A DNA stretch of 64,000 bases from Mytilus edulis (Eukaryota), in the NCBI RefSeq assembly GCF_963676685.1, contig NC_092354.1:49352001-49416000 (forward strand), read 5' to 3'. A model generated the notes under the pieces. The model was not told where the DNA came from. It saw nothing but the letters and a program-made list of their open reading frames with translations, and made no database searches. Positions 27,649-38,155 of this stretch are shown in pieces (within the stretch, counting starts at the first letter, position 1; each line of letters starts with the position of its first letter). A program made the translations under genes and the position numbers.

Positions 27649-28602
27649 ATGGCTGACCAGCAAGTAGGGGAAATTTTTCAGGCTTTGGCCAATACCTTGG
27701 GGCAATTGTCAGATTCTATTGGGAATCAGGGACATAACCAGCAGGCTCTCTCGGCTCAAGTCGAGCTTTTATCAAATACCGTGGGCACGCAAAGTGTTTC
27801 ACAAGTTATTCCGTCTTTTGGGGGGAATCCAAAAGAGTTTCAGGAATGGGTTAAGGCCGTCGAAAAATATGCTGTTTTAACGCATGCGATAGGGAACGCG
27901 GATCGCGTTAAATTAATTGCGTACCAGTCCAGTAAAGGGGCTGTGAGCGATTATCTTAAGAGGTACTTGACCGCGAATGATCAAGCAACCTGGGAAGAAT
28001 GCAAAACTCAATTAACGGCAAGATTTTCAGAGGTAACCGACCCGCAACATGCTTTCTCTCTGCTGCGTCAGGTTAAACAAAAGACGAACGAAACGGTCCA
28101 AGTATTCGCCGAACGCCTGATGGCTTTAGTTACAGAAGCGTATATAGGACAGCCACGGGACGTCGAACCCGTGGAGAGACAAATTATAGGTTTTTTCGTA
28201 GATGGTTTGTTGCTTGACAAACTTAAAATGAAGATTATGCGGGATAATCCGGCTACGCTTGAGGCCGCAATTACTCTAGCAATGACGGAGCAAAATTTGA
28301 TCACGCGTTTTGGGCTAAGAACGAAAGGGTCCAACGTTCGCGTAAGTAGGGATGAGCAAGTAGGCGCGAGTCATCAACCTATGGAGGTTGATCACTATCG
28401 TTCGACCAGACGATGCCACAAATGCGGAAAATTAGGTCATTTTGCAAAAGATTGTAGGAGTAATACTCCACGTAAATACCCGGAAACGCACCGAGTTAAT
28501 TTAGTTCAACAAAGAAATCTAGCAGAGGTTGTTTGCTACTACTGTCGTGGGAAGGGACACTTCCAAAGATATTGTCCGCAACGAAATCGACAGGGAAACT
28601 AA
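27649..28602 (+). CDS. gag: Gag with two CCHC zinc knuckles
   Basis: Open ORF from ATG 27649; capsid-like region (QKTNETVQVFAERL); CHKCGKLGHFAKDC and CYYCRGKGHFQRYC; ends at slippery G GGA AAC TAA (28593-28602). Confidence 0.93.
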   Translation: MADQQVGEIFQALANTLGQLSDSIGNQGHNQQALSAQVELLSNTVGTQSVSQVIPSFGGNPKEFQEWVKAVEKYAVLTHAIGNADRVKLIAYQSSKGAVSDYLKRYLTANDQATWEECKTQLTARFSEVTDPQHAFSLLRQVKQKTNETVQVFAERLMALVTEAYIGQPRDVEPVERQIIGFFVDGLLLDKLKMKIMRDNPATLEAAITLAMTEQNLITRFGLRTKGSNVRVSRDEQVGASHQPMEVDHYRSTRRCHKCGKLGHFAKDCRSNTPRKYPETHRVNLVQQRNLAEVVCYYCRGKGHFQRYCPQRNRQGN

Positions 28603-28618
28603 TGCGCTCTCTTCATAA

Positions 28619-31600
28619 CGAAGCCAAAGTAAAAGTAAAGTCTCTCTTCAAGCGGTAAACGGTGAGTCTTTATTAATAGATGGTAGCGCAAATTTCACAT
28701 TTGATATTGGGGGATCAAAAATAAATCATGTTTTTCATGTAGTGTCGGATATGAATAGAAATATAATTTTGGAAAGAGATTTTCTACAACAGCAAGGTGT
28801 ACGCGTCTATTTTGACTTAAACTGTATAAGAATTGGAAAAGTTTACGTGCCTCTTGAAAATGAAATCCATATTGCCTCGATAGTAAGAGTTGCTAAGAGG
28901 ACACTTTTAAAACCTCAAAGTGTAAACATTTGTATAGGAAAGATCAAGAAACATTCATGTTTTTTAAACTCTGAATTGTTACAAGTATCTGCCGTGGATT
29001 CGGGCTATATAAATTCGGAAGCAGGATTATTAGTTAGTAACTCGGTTACTAAAATACATAAAGTGAACAAGATTCCTGTTTTAATGTTAAACAACACCAA
29101 TAAAACTATTTGTTTAAATAGGGGATGTGTAGTAGGTAAAGTTAGTGACCTCAATACCAAGGACGTTCCATGTGTAACAAAAGATGGTCAAACAATTGAG
29201 TCAATAGATATATCAAATCAGAAAATTGATGTTCCTCAAGATTATCTAGAAGTAGTACGATCTCTTGTAAACGCAAACGAGGACATATTCGCTGATAGTG
29301 ACAAAGATTTAGGGGGAACTGACACCGTTAAAATGTTTATTGATACGGGAAACCATCACCCTATCAAATTAAAACCATATAGAACTCCTATACATAAAAG
29401 GCCAATAGTTGGTAAGGCAATTGATGAAATGATGGAAGCAAATATTATAAGAAGGTCTAGGTCCCCATGGTCATTTCCAATTGTTGTTGTTGATAAAAAG
29501 GATGGATCTAAAAGATTTTGTATTGATTTTCGTTTATTGAACCGTATAACGAAAGTTATCTCTTATCCTTTACCATTGATAGACGATATTTTGGCACAAT
29601 TAGATAAAGCAAGGTATTTTACAAGCTTAGACTTAAAAAGTGGGTACTGGCAAATAAACATGAAAGAGAGTGACAAGGAAAAGACTGCATTCACTTGTCA
29701 TAGGGGTCTTTTTGAATTCAATGTTATGCCTTTTGGACTTGTTAACGCGCTAGTATTTTTAGCCAACTCATATCTATTGCAATGCAAGGATTAGACAAAT
29801 TTTCGGTCGCCTATTTGGATGATATTTTAATCTTTTCTGAAACATTTGAAGACCATTTACGTCACATTCAGACAGTGTTTGATAGGTTGAGACAACATAA
29901 TTTGAAGTTAAAATTAAAAAAATGTAGTTTTATTAAGGAAGAAACTAAGTATTTGGGTTTTGTTATAACGCGTGAAGGTGTTAGACCAGATCAAGATAAA
30001 GTAAAAGCTATTCAAACGATTCCGATACCCAAAACTGTGAAAGAAGTTAGAGGTTTTATTGGTATGTGTAGTTACTACAGAAGATTCATTCTGAATTTTT
30101 CTAAAATAGCGGAACCTCTTGTCAATTTAACGAGAAAATATGCGAAATATCCTTGGTTAGAGGGTTGTGACGTAGGCTTTAATTACTTGAAGGATAGTTT
30201 AACAGTAGTACCTTTACTTGCATATCAAAACCCTAATTTACCTTATGTCTTGTACACTGATGCAAGTGATACATGTGTTGGTGCATGCTTGACACAGATA
30301 ACTGAAGAACAAAATGCAGTTGAAAAACCTATTTACTTTCTATCGCATAAATTAAGCGACACTCAAACTCGGTGGTCAACTGTTGAAAAAGAAGCGTTTG
30401 CGATTCATTATGCACTACAGAAGTTAGATTTTTATTTGCACGGAGCAAACTTTATCATCAAAACGGATCATAAACCTTTGAAATATTTACTAGATTCACC
30501 GATGAAAAACAAAAAACTACAAATGTGGTCTTTAGGGATATCTGGATACAATTGTAAGATTGAGTACATATCAGGAGAAACAAACTATTGTGCAGATCTT
30601 TTGTCAAGAACTCCACAAAGTGATGAAGATAAGGGAATAAGTAATGAAACTGTCGATCCCGATATAAATGATAATACCTATGAAATTAATACAATTAATT
30701 CAAATAAATTAGAAACACGAAATTTCGCAACTTGCACTGTAGAACACCCAGATTTACCTAGTAAGGAGACTTTTCAAAATGAAGATTTAGATATGAAATT
30801 AGAACAAGCGAAAGATTTGAACATTGTTAAGGTTAAGAAGGAAATTGAAACAGGTACAGCGAGTAGCTCTACACAAAGTCAATTCATGATTATTGAAGAT
30901 GTTGTTTATTTTCTGTCACAGCCTGACATTGATCCTCTAATCCGATTATACGTCCCGGAACATTTAAGGGAAGATATTGTCGTTCAATATCATGATAATA
31001 ATGGTCATTTAGGTATTGATAAAACGTATGACAGTATAAAGCTACGGTATTATTGGCCAGGGTTATACAAGAAAATATATGCCTATGTAACCATGTGTGT
31101 TACGTGTCAAACTAGAAATTTAAGAAAAGTAAATCCTCCTGTTCAAGAAGTATTTATACCACCTTGTCCGTTTGCTAAAATAGCATTAGATTTATCGGGA
31201 CCCTATCCAGAAACATTGTCTGGGAACAAATACATAATTGGGTTCATTGATCTTTATTCGGGATTCCCTGAAGCTTTTGCCGTAAAAGATAAAAAAGCCG
31301 AAACAATTGCTCATTTGCTTATCGAGGAAATTATTCCAAGACATTCAGTCTCATTACAAATTTTAAGTAATAACGGATCTGAAAATGTAAATAAAATTAT
31401 GAAGGAAACATGCGAAACGCTGAATATAAATCATATTACTACTTCGTTTTACCATCCGCAAAGTAACGGACGAATTGAAAGGTTCCATCGTACTCTCCGT
31501 GATGTTTTATCTAAACTAATGAAAGACGACACATCAACGTGGGATTTGTTTTTAAATCAAGCTTTGGCCGCTATTAGGTTTAATATAAGTGAGTCTTCTA

Positions 31601-32385
31601 AATTTTCACCATTCTATTTGTTATATACTCGAGATGCCGTTCTACCCGTTGATAACATAATGAAACCCCATAGGAAATATATGGGCGAAGATTTGCATCA
31701 AATAATGCTAAATCAACAACATAAAGCATTCGTGCTGGTACACAGGTCCATGAAACAAGCTCAAAAACGACAGTTAAAATATAAAAATAAAAACTGTGTA
31801 GATGAAGGTTTTAAGATAGGGGATCTTGTTTATTGTAAAAATCATTTGAAGAAAAATAAATTAGATAATCGATGGACACCGTATTTCCGTATTGTTGATC
31901 AAACCTCGCCAGTGTCATTCATGATAAAGGATCAGTTGACTGGAGTGGTACGAAAAGCACATGCTGAACATCTGCGAATAGCTAAAATCGATGAATGGGA
32001 TATTCCTAAAAATAAGGGTAAACAGTTAAGAAAAGCTGCGTATGTTGCATCTCCGGATGTAAGTAGTTCAGACATGGAGGTTGACACCGACTCGGATTCT
32101 GATTTTAATAAACCTCTTGCTACTCTTGCAAAGAAATATCGAAAAGAACGAACGAATAGTTCTGATGAAGAATCAATTTCTCTTATGGAGTTAAGTAAAC
32201 TCTTAAAAGAAAAAGAAAGAGAGGAAAATTATGACAGTGATTCAGAGGAATCAATGTCTGTAAACGAGGTTATAGAGACAAATCTGAAAACGAAAAAAGT
32301 TAGGCGAACATTGCCGTCAAACATATGTAAAGAAAAAAATGTTAAAGTAAAAGAATTATTGGCGTCAATTTCTAACATGTTGTAA
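28619..32385 (+). pseudogene. pol: Pol (truncated protease, RT, RNase H, integrase), inactivated
   Basis: RT motifs SPW, LDLKSGYWQ, MPFGL, YLDD; RNase H YTDAS, EKEA, TDHKPL; integrase HHCC and D..(N)..E. The protease D[ST]G half is missing, there is a 1-nt deletion at ~29750 (NAP becomes NAL), and SDNG is SNNG. Confidence 0.93.
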
Positions 32386-32450
32386 GGCTTCACAATATGT
32401 TGATATTGATTGCACGGGATTATAAATTGTATATAAATAATATGAGAATA

Positions 32451-32463
32451 TTTTGTTTTGTAG
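32451..32463 (+). promoter_or_regulatory. Candidate env splice acceptor
   Basis: TTTTGTTTTGTAG| ending 18 nt before the env ATG at 32482. Confidence 0.7.
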
Positions 32464-32481
32464 ATATAAAAAGTAACAAAG

Positions 32482-34545
32482 ATGAATTGTCAACTATTGA
32501 TCTTTTTGTGCTTAACCAGTGTTGTTTATAGTCAGCATAACGTGATCTTTGATAAAATAGGGGAAATAACAACGACGCGTTCAAAATGGCTCGTCACGTT
32601 TGTTATCGATCTGGAAATATATCAGACATTTTTAAGGGATCTTTCGTGTGATATTCAATCGGCAATATCTCTGGCACAAATTGTACGTGTACATGCACCT
32701 AAACGTTGGGTCAAGTCATTAGCCAACCTCAAGAAGGAGTTGGTTAAGTTAAATGTTACACATAATATAATTACCGACATGTTTCAAGAATGTCGATCGT
32801 TATTGCGAAAGTCGAAACGATCAATCATTCCGGTAGTAGGAAAAATTTTGGGTTTTCTCTTCGGAACCGTATCCGAACAAGATTTGGATTCTATACGCAG
32901 TAATGTGAATATGTTGGCTAAGAACCAACAAAAGATGGTACATGTTTTAAAAGAAAGTTTAACTATTCTAAATATATCTCGTTCGGATATCGCGGAAAAT
33001 AGAAATTCAATAAATGACTTGTTTATTGCGTTTAATGAATTATATGTCGATTTTAAAAATTTCACTAGAGCTGTGAAAGAAAGAATTTTTCAAATTGAAA
33101 GACATGTAATGATAAATTCGATAACTGAAGGGTTATCGCGTCTTGTAACGCACGCTCAATTTCATATTTCTCACCTACAAATGCAGCTGAACATGCTGTC
33201 GTTAGGTCATTTGTCACCAAGCGTGATTTCTCCGAAAAATTTAAGAAAACTATTAATTGGGATTAATTCAAAATTGCCACCAGGCATAATGTTACCGAGT
33301 GATCCAATTACTAAATTATGGGATTACTATCAAATATTAAGCTGTCACACCGTATTGGATAATAATCGTATCTTCGTTGTTTTGTCGGTACCATGGATAG
33401 ATTACAATAGTAATTTTGAGATTTTTAAACCATTTAATTTACCTATTCCGATAAACTTAAATCTGCAAGTTGACAGTACAAAGTCTATGCTAGCATACTC
33501 TAATCTTGAAGCTAAGGCGTTAGGTGTAAATGCTAAAAGAACTGAATATATTCTTCTAAATGATGATGAACTAAATAAATGTATTCATCCGATAAGAAAT
33601 TTTTGTGACATAAGAAGTCCAGTCTATCGAATAAATTTAAGTAAGTTTTGTATAGTTGCTCTGTTTAGGAATGATGTAAAATTGATTGAAAATAATTGTC
33701 ATAACACCATTAAAATAAATGCAATACTTCCAATGGCGGAATACTTATCGTCGGGAACGTGGATAATGGTAACAACTAAGCCGTTGCGTATGTCCATTAA
33801 CTGTGGACCTAACATTAGGGCCGTAGAAAAAATAATGAAACCGCCCATCGATTTATTAACTCTCGAAGTCGGTTGCTCAGCTAATAACGATCAGCTTACT
33901 TTACTACCCTACTATCAACTAGAATCTAAACTAAATATTGATGAACCATTCGCCAGGTTTATGAAAAATTATAATACTACATATGTTAATATGTGGAAAC
34001 ATTTATACGATATTATGCCAGAAAATCAATCGCGGCCGCTGTTAAAAGGGTTAAAAGGAATTGAAACTCTTTCAATGGATTCCTTGGTTCAAAAACTTAA
34101 GGGGGATAATAAAATGCCGGACTTGCAAAAGAGAGAGTCTGCATTTCCAATATGGGTCTATATTGTCCTTACTGTGGCCATATTAATTATTGCCTACGGG
34201 GTTGGGAAAAATTTAAAACACTGGTTAGCCAAAATTTTCATTAGGGCAAGACAGAATTTGACAAAGCCTGATGAAGAAGTGGTGGGTTTCACAGATGAAA
34301 CTCGGAGCGTGGTCACCGCAAATGAAGATGAACAATCTAAGCCACTATCATTTATAAAGGGCTTGAGACAGAAGTCAAAACGGAAAAGATACACTTCGTT
34401 GTCAAATCGAACACCTCAGCATACATATATATGTAACAAGGAACCTGAAGAACTTTCATTGCAAAATCGGTTGCTGAGGATAAGCCGAATGCCAACACTC
34501 GGAAATATTCCCGAGTCGATTCACGAAGTGGAATCAGAGCACTAA
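32482..34545 (+). CDS. env: Envelope glycoprotein, class I fusion protein of baculovirus-F/errantivirus-Env type (687 aa)
   Basis: Signal peptide MNCQLLIFLCLTSVVYS; furin site RKSKR (32806-32820) followed by fusion-peptide-like SIIPVVGKILGFLFGTVSEQDL; heptad region; Cys-rich region; TM FPIWVYIVLTVAILIIAYGVG; tail with YTSL. Confidence 0.9.
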   Translation: MNCQLLIFLCLTSVVYSQHNVIFDKIGEITTTRSKWLVTFVIDLEIYQTFLRDLSCDIQSAISLAQIVRVHAPKRWVKSLANLKKELVKLNVTHNIITDMFQECRSLLRKSKRSIIPVVGKILGFLFGTVSEQDLDSIRSNVNMLAKNQQKMVHVLKESLTILNISRSDIAENRNSINDLFIAFNELYVDFKNFTRAVKERIFQIERHVMINSITEGLSRLVTHAQFHISHLQMQLNMLSLGHLSPSVISPKNLRKLLIGINSKLPPGIMLPSDPITKLWDYYQILSCHTVLDNNRIFVVLSVPWIDYNSNFEIFKPFNLPIPINLNLQVDSTKSMLAYSNLEAKALGVNAKRTEYILLNDDELNKCIHPIRNFCDIRSPVYRINLSKFCIVALFRNDVKLIENNCHNTIKINAILPMAEYLSSGTWIMVTTKPLRMSINCGPNIRAVEKIMKPPIDLLTLEVGCSANNDQLTLLPYYQLESKLNIDEPFARFMKNYNTTYVNMWKHLYDIMPENQSRPLLKGLKGIETLSMDSLVQKLKGDNKMPDLQKRESAFPIWVYIVLTVAILIIAYGVGKNLKHWLAKIFIRARQNLTKPDEEVVGFTDETRSVVTANEDEQSKPLSFIKGLRQKSKRKRYTSLSNRTPQHTYICNKEPEELSLQNRLLRISRMPTLGNIPESIHEVESEH

Positions 34546-34861
34546 TTTGTACAGAAATACTATTATATAACATGAATTTTGTTGTGGTAATAATTATATA
34601 TTATTTATTATTACTGTGGGAACTATATAGCCATAGGAAAGTGACGAAACTGTATACCAGGAATAAATATGTTTAAGTATATATAACATAAACTTTAATA
34701 TGAAGGAACCAGACAACTTCATGATGGACTTACCTTGGAACATTCCGTATAAATATGTTATTTCCATATATATATATATCTTACAAGGACACTGTTATCA
34801 ACATCGAACTTTAAAGAAAATTTCTATGTTTAGAAACTTTCTTTTCTTAGCATTGGAGGAA

Positions 34862-34956
34862 TGTAACAAAGTTACTTGGATCATCAATATATTCGTAGCA
34901 AATTCTTAATCTGTCCAGTGATTAATATATATTTATATCGACTTATAAGTGTTACA
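34862..34956 (+). repeat. 3' LTR, internally deleted (95 bp)
   Basis: Preceded by purine run GGAGGAA; matches the start of the 5' LTR, then jumps to AGTGTTACA; followed by TSD ACAG. Confidence 0.88.
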
Positions 34957-34960
34957 ACAG

Positions 34961-35670
34961 ATGTATTGCGTTTACCGCCTCCTATCATATTGAGCATGGG
35001 AAATGTCAGGGGTTACCAACAAACCAATGAAAATACAGATTCAGAAACCCAAAGTGAACAACAGAGTCAAGCAAGCAATGACTCTAATAGTGAATCATCA
35101 CAGAATATGGTAGGCAATAATGACGATGAATATGAAAACCCTTATCAGACTGTATTAAACGATCACAGAAGTATTCATCAATATGTTCAGATCACAAGAG
35201 AAAGAAACAATAGCATCTCATCTGGTGCCAATCTGTATTTGACCGATGCTTATACAACTGAGTTGAATGCAAACTTTCTCGAAGAAGTTCATATGACAGA
35301 ACAGCAAGTGCAGCGTAGGACTATGTCCTTGAATGAGTTGGATTTCTCTTGTCCAGATTCGACGCTGACATCGTCCACTGTCATTCCAAGTATGCAAAAC
35401 ATCGTAAATAGAAATCAGAATAATAAAAGTTCAACTAGTGATGACTCTGATAGTGATTCATCAACAAATGATATTGTAGGCAATATTGCAGATGGATATG
35501 AACACCCTTATCAAACGGTATTACAAAATCACACAGAAAGTCACCCATACATCGAGATTATCAGAGAAAGACATAGTAGCATATCATCTACTGGATCTAC
35601 TGAAAGTGAAGCGCAAATTGTTGGAACAGACTCGACAAAGAAGGAAGACTACATCAATCTTCAATTCTAA
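34961..35670 (+). CDS. Gene A last exon, 3' part: cytoplasmic tail with duplicated tyrosine modules
   Basis: Joins in frame to 27208 (...ISNT-DVLRLPPP...); YENPYQTV-x9-YVQI, YEHPYQTV-x9-YIEI and C-terminal EDYINLQF*. Confidence 0.88.
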
Positions 35671-37339
35671 TTAACACTTAACCTACCCCAAAACAACGAC
35701 TAACACGAATTGTCGATCTACGCGTGTTGATAGTTAAAAAGTTTTTTTCTATAATGCTTAATTTGCTTATTATCATGAAAGAAAATATTGTATAGTATGA
35801 AATTGTTTTAAATTCTGCAAGCATCATGTGAAACAGTGTGTTCCAGTATTGTTTTACTTTGAATCTTTACAGCTGTTGTTAATTATACCGGAATACAACT
35901 GTCGAGATACAAGGAAGAAAGCCAAGAAAATACACAAGAGTGTTGATTCATAACACCAAAAACGCTCTACGTAAAAACAGCATAGTTATAAGAATAATTG
36001 AATTTTGTATTAAATCAAGAATCTGGGCAAAATACATGCGATTGTTAAATTTCAGTGAACGTCTCCACTTATTTCCTGATATTCATTGAAATTTAAGGAT
36101 GAACATTTTGTGCTTTTTTCCGTACAGCTATGTACATATTATATAGTGTTATGAATCAAAACTAATCATGTTATAACACTTTTGAAAATCAAGTTTTATT
36201 CATCTCTGTACATATTCATTTTTTTGCCGACATTCTTTTTTTTTATTTTAATTTACACATACACGATAGTATAAAACGTGTTTGTTTTTATTTTATGAAT
36301 CACTAAAGATATTGTGTTGAAACGGATAAACGGGTTCTAAGAATATTTTTTTTAAAGTAGATAGCGGATGAGTTGAAAGATGAAAAACCAAAAACATACT
36401 TAAATACGACAGTTTCGTCATCAGGGTATTGCTGTTTCAACGTTAACGATTTCTTATGAATGAATGGAAAAATATCTCCTTAAGATTATTAGCATTATCG
36501 ATCCTACAAACACAGGACGTGTAGAATACATGTTTAATAGTTTAACCATTGTTTTTAGATTAAGTGGATATAAACTAGAAATGAGAGAGATTCCAACTGA
36601 TCCATCTTTTTTTTAAATGTGTTTTAATTTTCTTGATGTTTAACTCGATTGGTTTGACATGTATAAGCATGCATGTAAGTCTGCTTTGAAAAAATAGTTT
36701 AGAAAAAAAGCAAAGAATAAATGATTAGTAAATGTACAAAACGCGAATATTACTTCTGCTATGTATAGAGAACTATGAATGGTCGTTTCAAGAGCAATTG
36801 ATAATGTCAATGAACCTAGTGCGTTTGTATATATGTACATATATGTGTATATTGAAACACATGATTGTAATTTTCTTTCATTAAAAGAAAAATTACAAAA
36901 AAAATGCGTCTGTTATCTTAAATGTTTAATTAAGTGTGTTCTGTCCTTCTTAAGCTTTTTGGAGTAAGGACAAATGGTTTTACTACAAGCAAATGCAATT
37001 TCATTTTATTTACACATATATATGTTTTTCAATTGAAATCCATTTAAAAACTTGATTTGTGATATTTTATCCTATTATTTCCGCCTAAACGCTTCAACTT
37101 CATTTGCGGCTATACAAATGATGTCTTACATGTTTCGAGTACAAAGAAAACGTTTGGTGACCAGCTCAACGCATTTGTTTCATCGAATTTGAATTAATAC
37201 AGCAAATTAGTCTGCCACAAACAGAGACTTACATTAAATTAACAACGATTACTGAAAATTAAAAATTTGAAAATGGAGATGGGGAATGTGTCAAATACAA
37301 TCCCCCTAAAACATCTAGCCGATGTAGATAAAACAAACA

Positions 37340-37480
37340 CATATCAATACAATGCTCTTCAACTTCCTATTGTATTTGGCCTTTTTAACTTTTTTGGATT
37401 CGAGCGTCACTGGTGAGTCCTTTGTAGACAAAACGCGCGTCTGGCGTATATACCAAATGTAGTCCTGGTATCTATGACAA
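37340..37480 (+). repeat. Retrozyme-family fragment with mutated hammerhead
   Basis: GCGTCA CTGGTGA GTCC..AGAC AAAA CGCGCG TC TGGCGT at 37404-37447; two core substitutions. Confidence 0.65.
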
Positions 37481-37849
37481 GTTTACGTATAGTAAAACAA
37501 ATACGAAACAAATTTACAACAGAATAGGTGTGTCAGCCCACATATTTTGTACACCTTTACCTTTCCCTGTAGCGTCTCCAGCGTCTTTAAATAGCGTATA
37601 TAACTTTTTGATAATATATAATTCAAGAGCGAGCACTTTCTATCATGTTTTACTCGATGGATTGTTCCCGTTAACATGACAGTATGAAACCACGATTCTG
37701 TTTGTGCTTTGGGCTTCGTTTGTTGTAATAGTTATTTTTGCAAAAATCAGCCTGTGTGTTTTCCTGCTTCAATTGTATTTCATTCGTTCTTTCGAAGCTT
37801 TTTATAGCTCACTATGTGATGTGTGTTTTCCCATCGTTAAAATTGAATT

Positions 37850-38155
37850 AGCTATATTTTGACTTACATCTAGAAATTGACAATGAGGGTCGGTTGAAAA
37901 CAAAACTTTACGACAAAAGAGATGATTTCAGCTTTCCAATTGTGACCTTTCCGTTTCTAAGTAGCAACATTCCAGCAGCATCTGCATACGGGGTATATAT
38001 CTCCCAGTTGATACGATATTCCCGTGCTTGCATTTCCTATCATGATTTTCTTGATAGAGGGTTGCTGCTCACAAGGAAGCTATTAAACCAAGAGTTCCAA
38101 ATGGTGAAGTTGAAATAATCCCTTCGTAAATTTTACGGACGCCATCACGAGTTGG
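37850..38155 (+). mobile_element. Penelope-like element RT (thumb region) fragment
   Basis: YFDLHLEIDNEGRLKTKLYDKRDDFSFPIVTFPFLSSNIPAASAYGVYISQLIRYSRAC...K*SLRKFYGRHHEL; a related downstream piece lies at ~39810-39960. Confidence 0.8.

Larger units (their letters stand above)
27209..34956 (+). mobile_element. Ty3/Gypsy LTR retrotransposon with gag-pol-env organisation (endogenous-retrovirus-like)
   Basis: TGTAAC...GTTACA ends; ACAG TSD at 27205-27208 and 34957-34960; PBS, gag, PR-RT-RH-IN order, env, short PPT. Confidence 0.97.
14760..35670 (+). pseudogene. Gene A: Ig-superfamily type I membrane receptor (5 Ig-like domains, TM, ITIM/ITAM-like tail), disrupted
   Basis: Phase-1 exons at 15928-16189, 19244-19507, 23386-23646, 24067-24341, 25972-26307 and a last exon at 26780-27208 + 34961-35670. 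Frameshifts in D1 (+1) and D4 (+2) and an LTR element in the last exon. Exon-by-exon paralogy with gene B. Confidence 0.85.

Noticed and set aside
28068-34573. Antisense ORFs within gag and env (28068-28334, 32784-33065, 34194-34394, 34352-34573)
   Set aside because: Short shadows of the sense ORFs with no recognisable motifs.
27209-34960. Idea that the whole retroelement is spliced out to restore gene A
   Set aside because: Precise removal is not GT-AG. An in-frame alternative (27210 GTAACA to AG 34948-34949) needs weak sites and must skip the 5' LTR poly(A) signal; there is no evidence without RNA data.
34876-35670. 264-aa ORF as an independent gene
   Set aside because: It starts at a TTG inside the 3' LTR remnant; the rest is the severed last exon of gene A.
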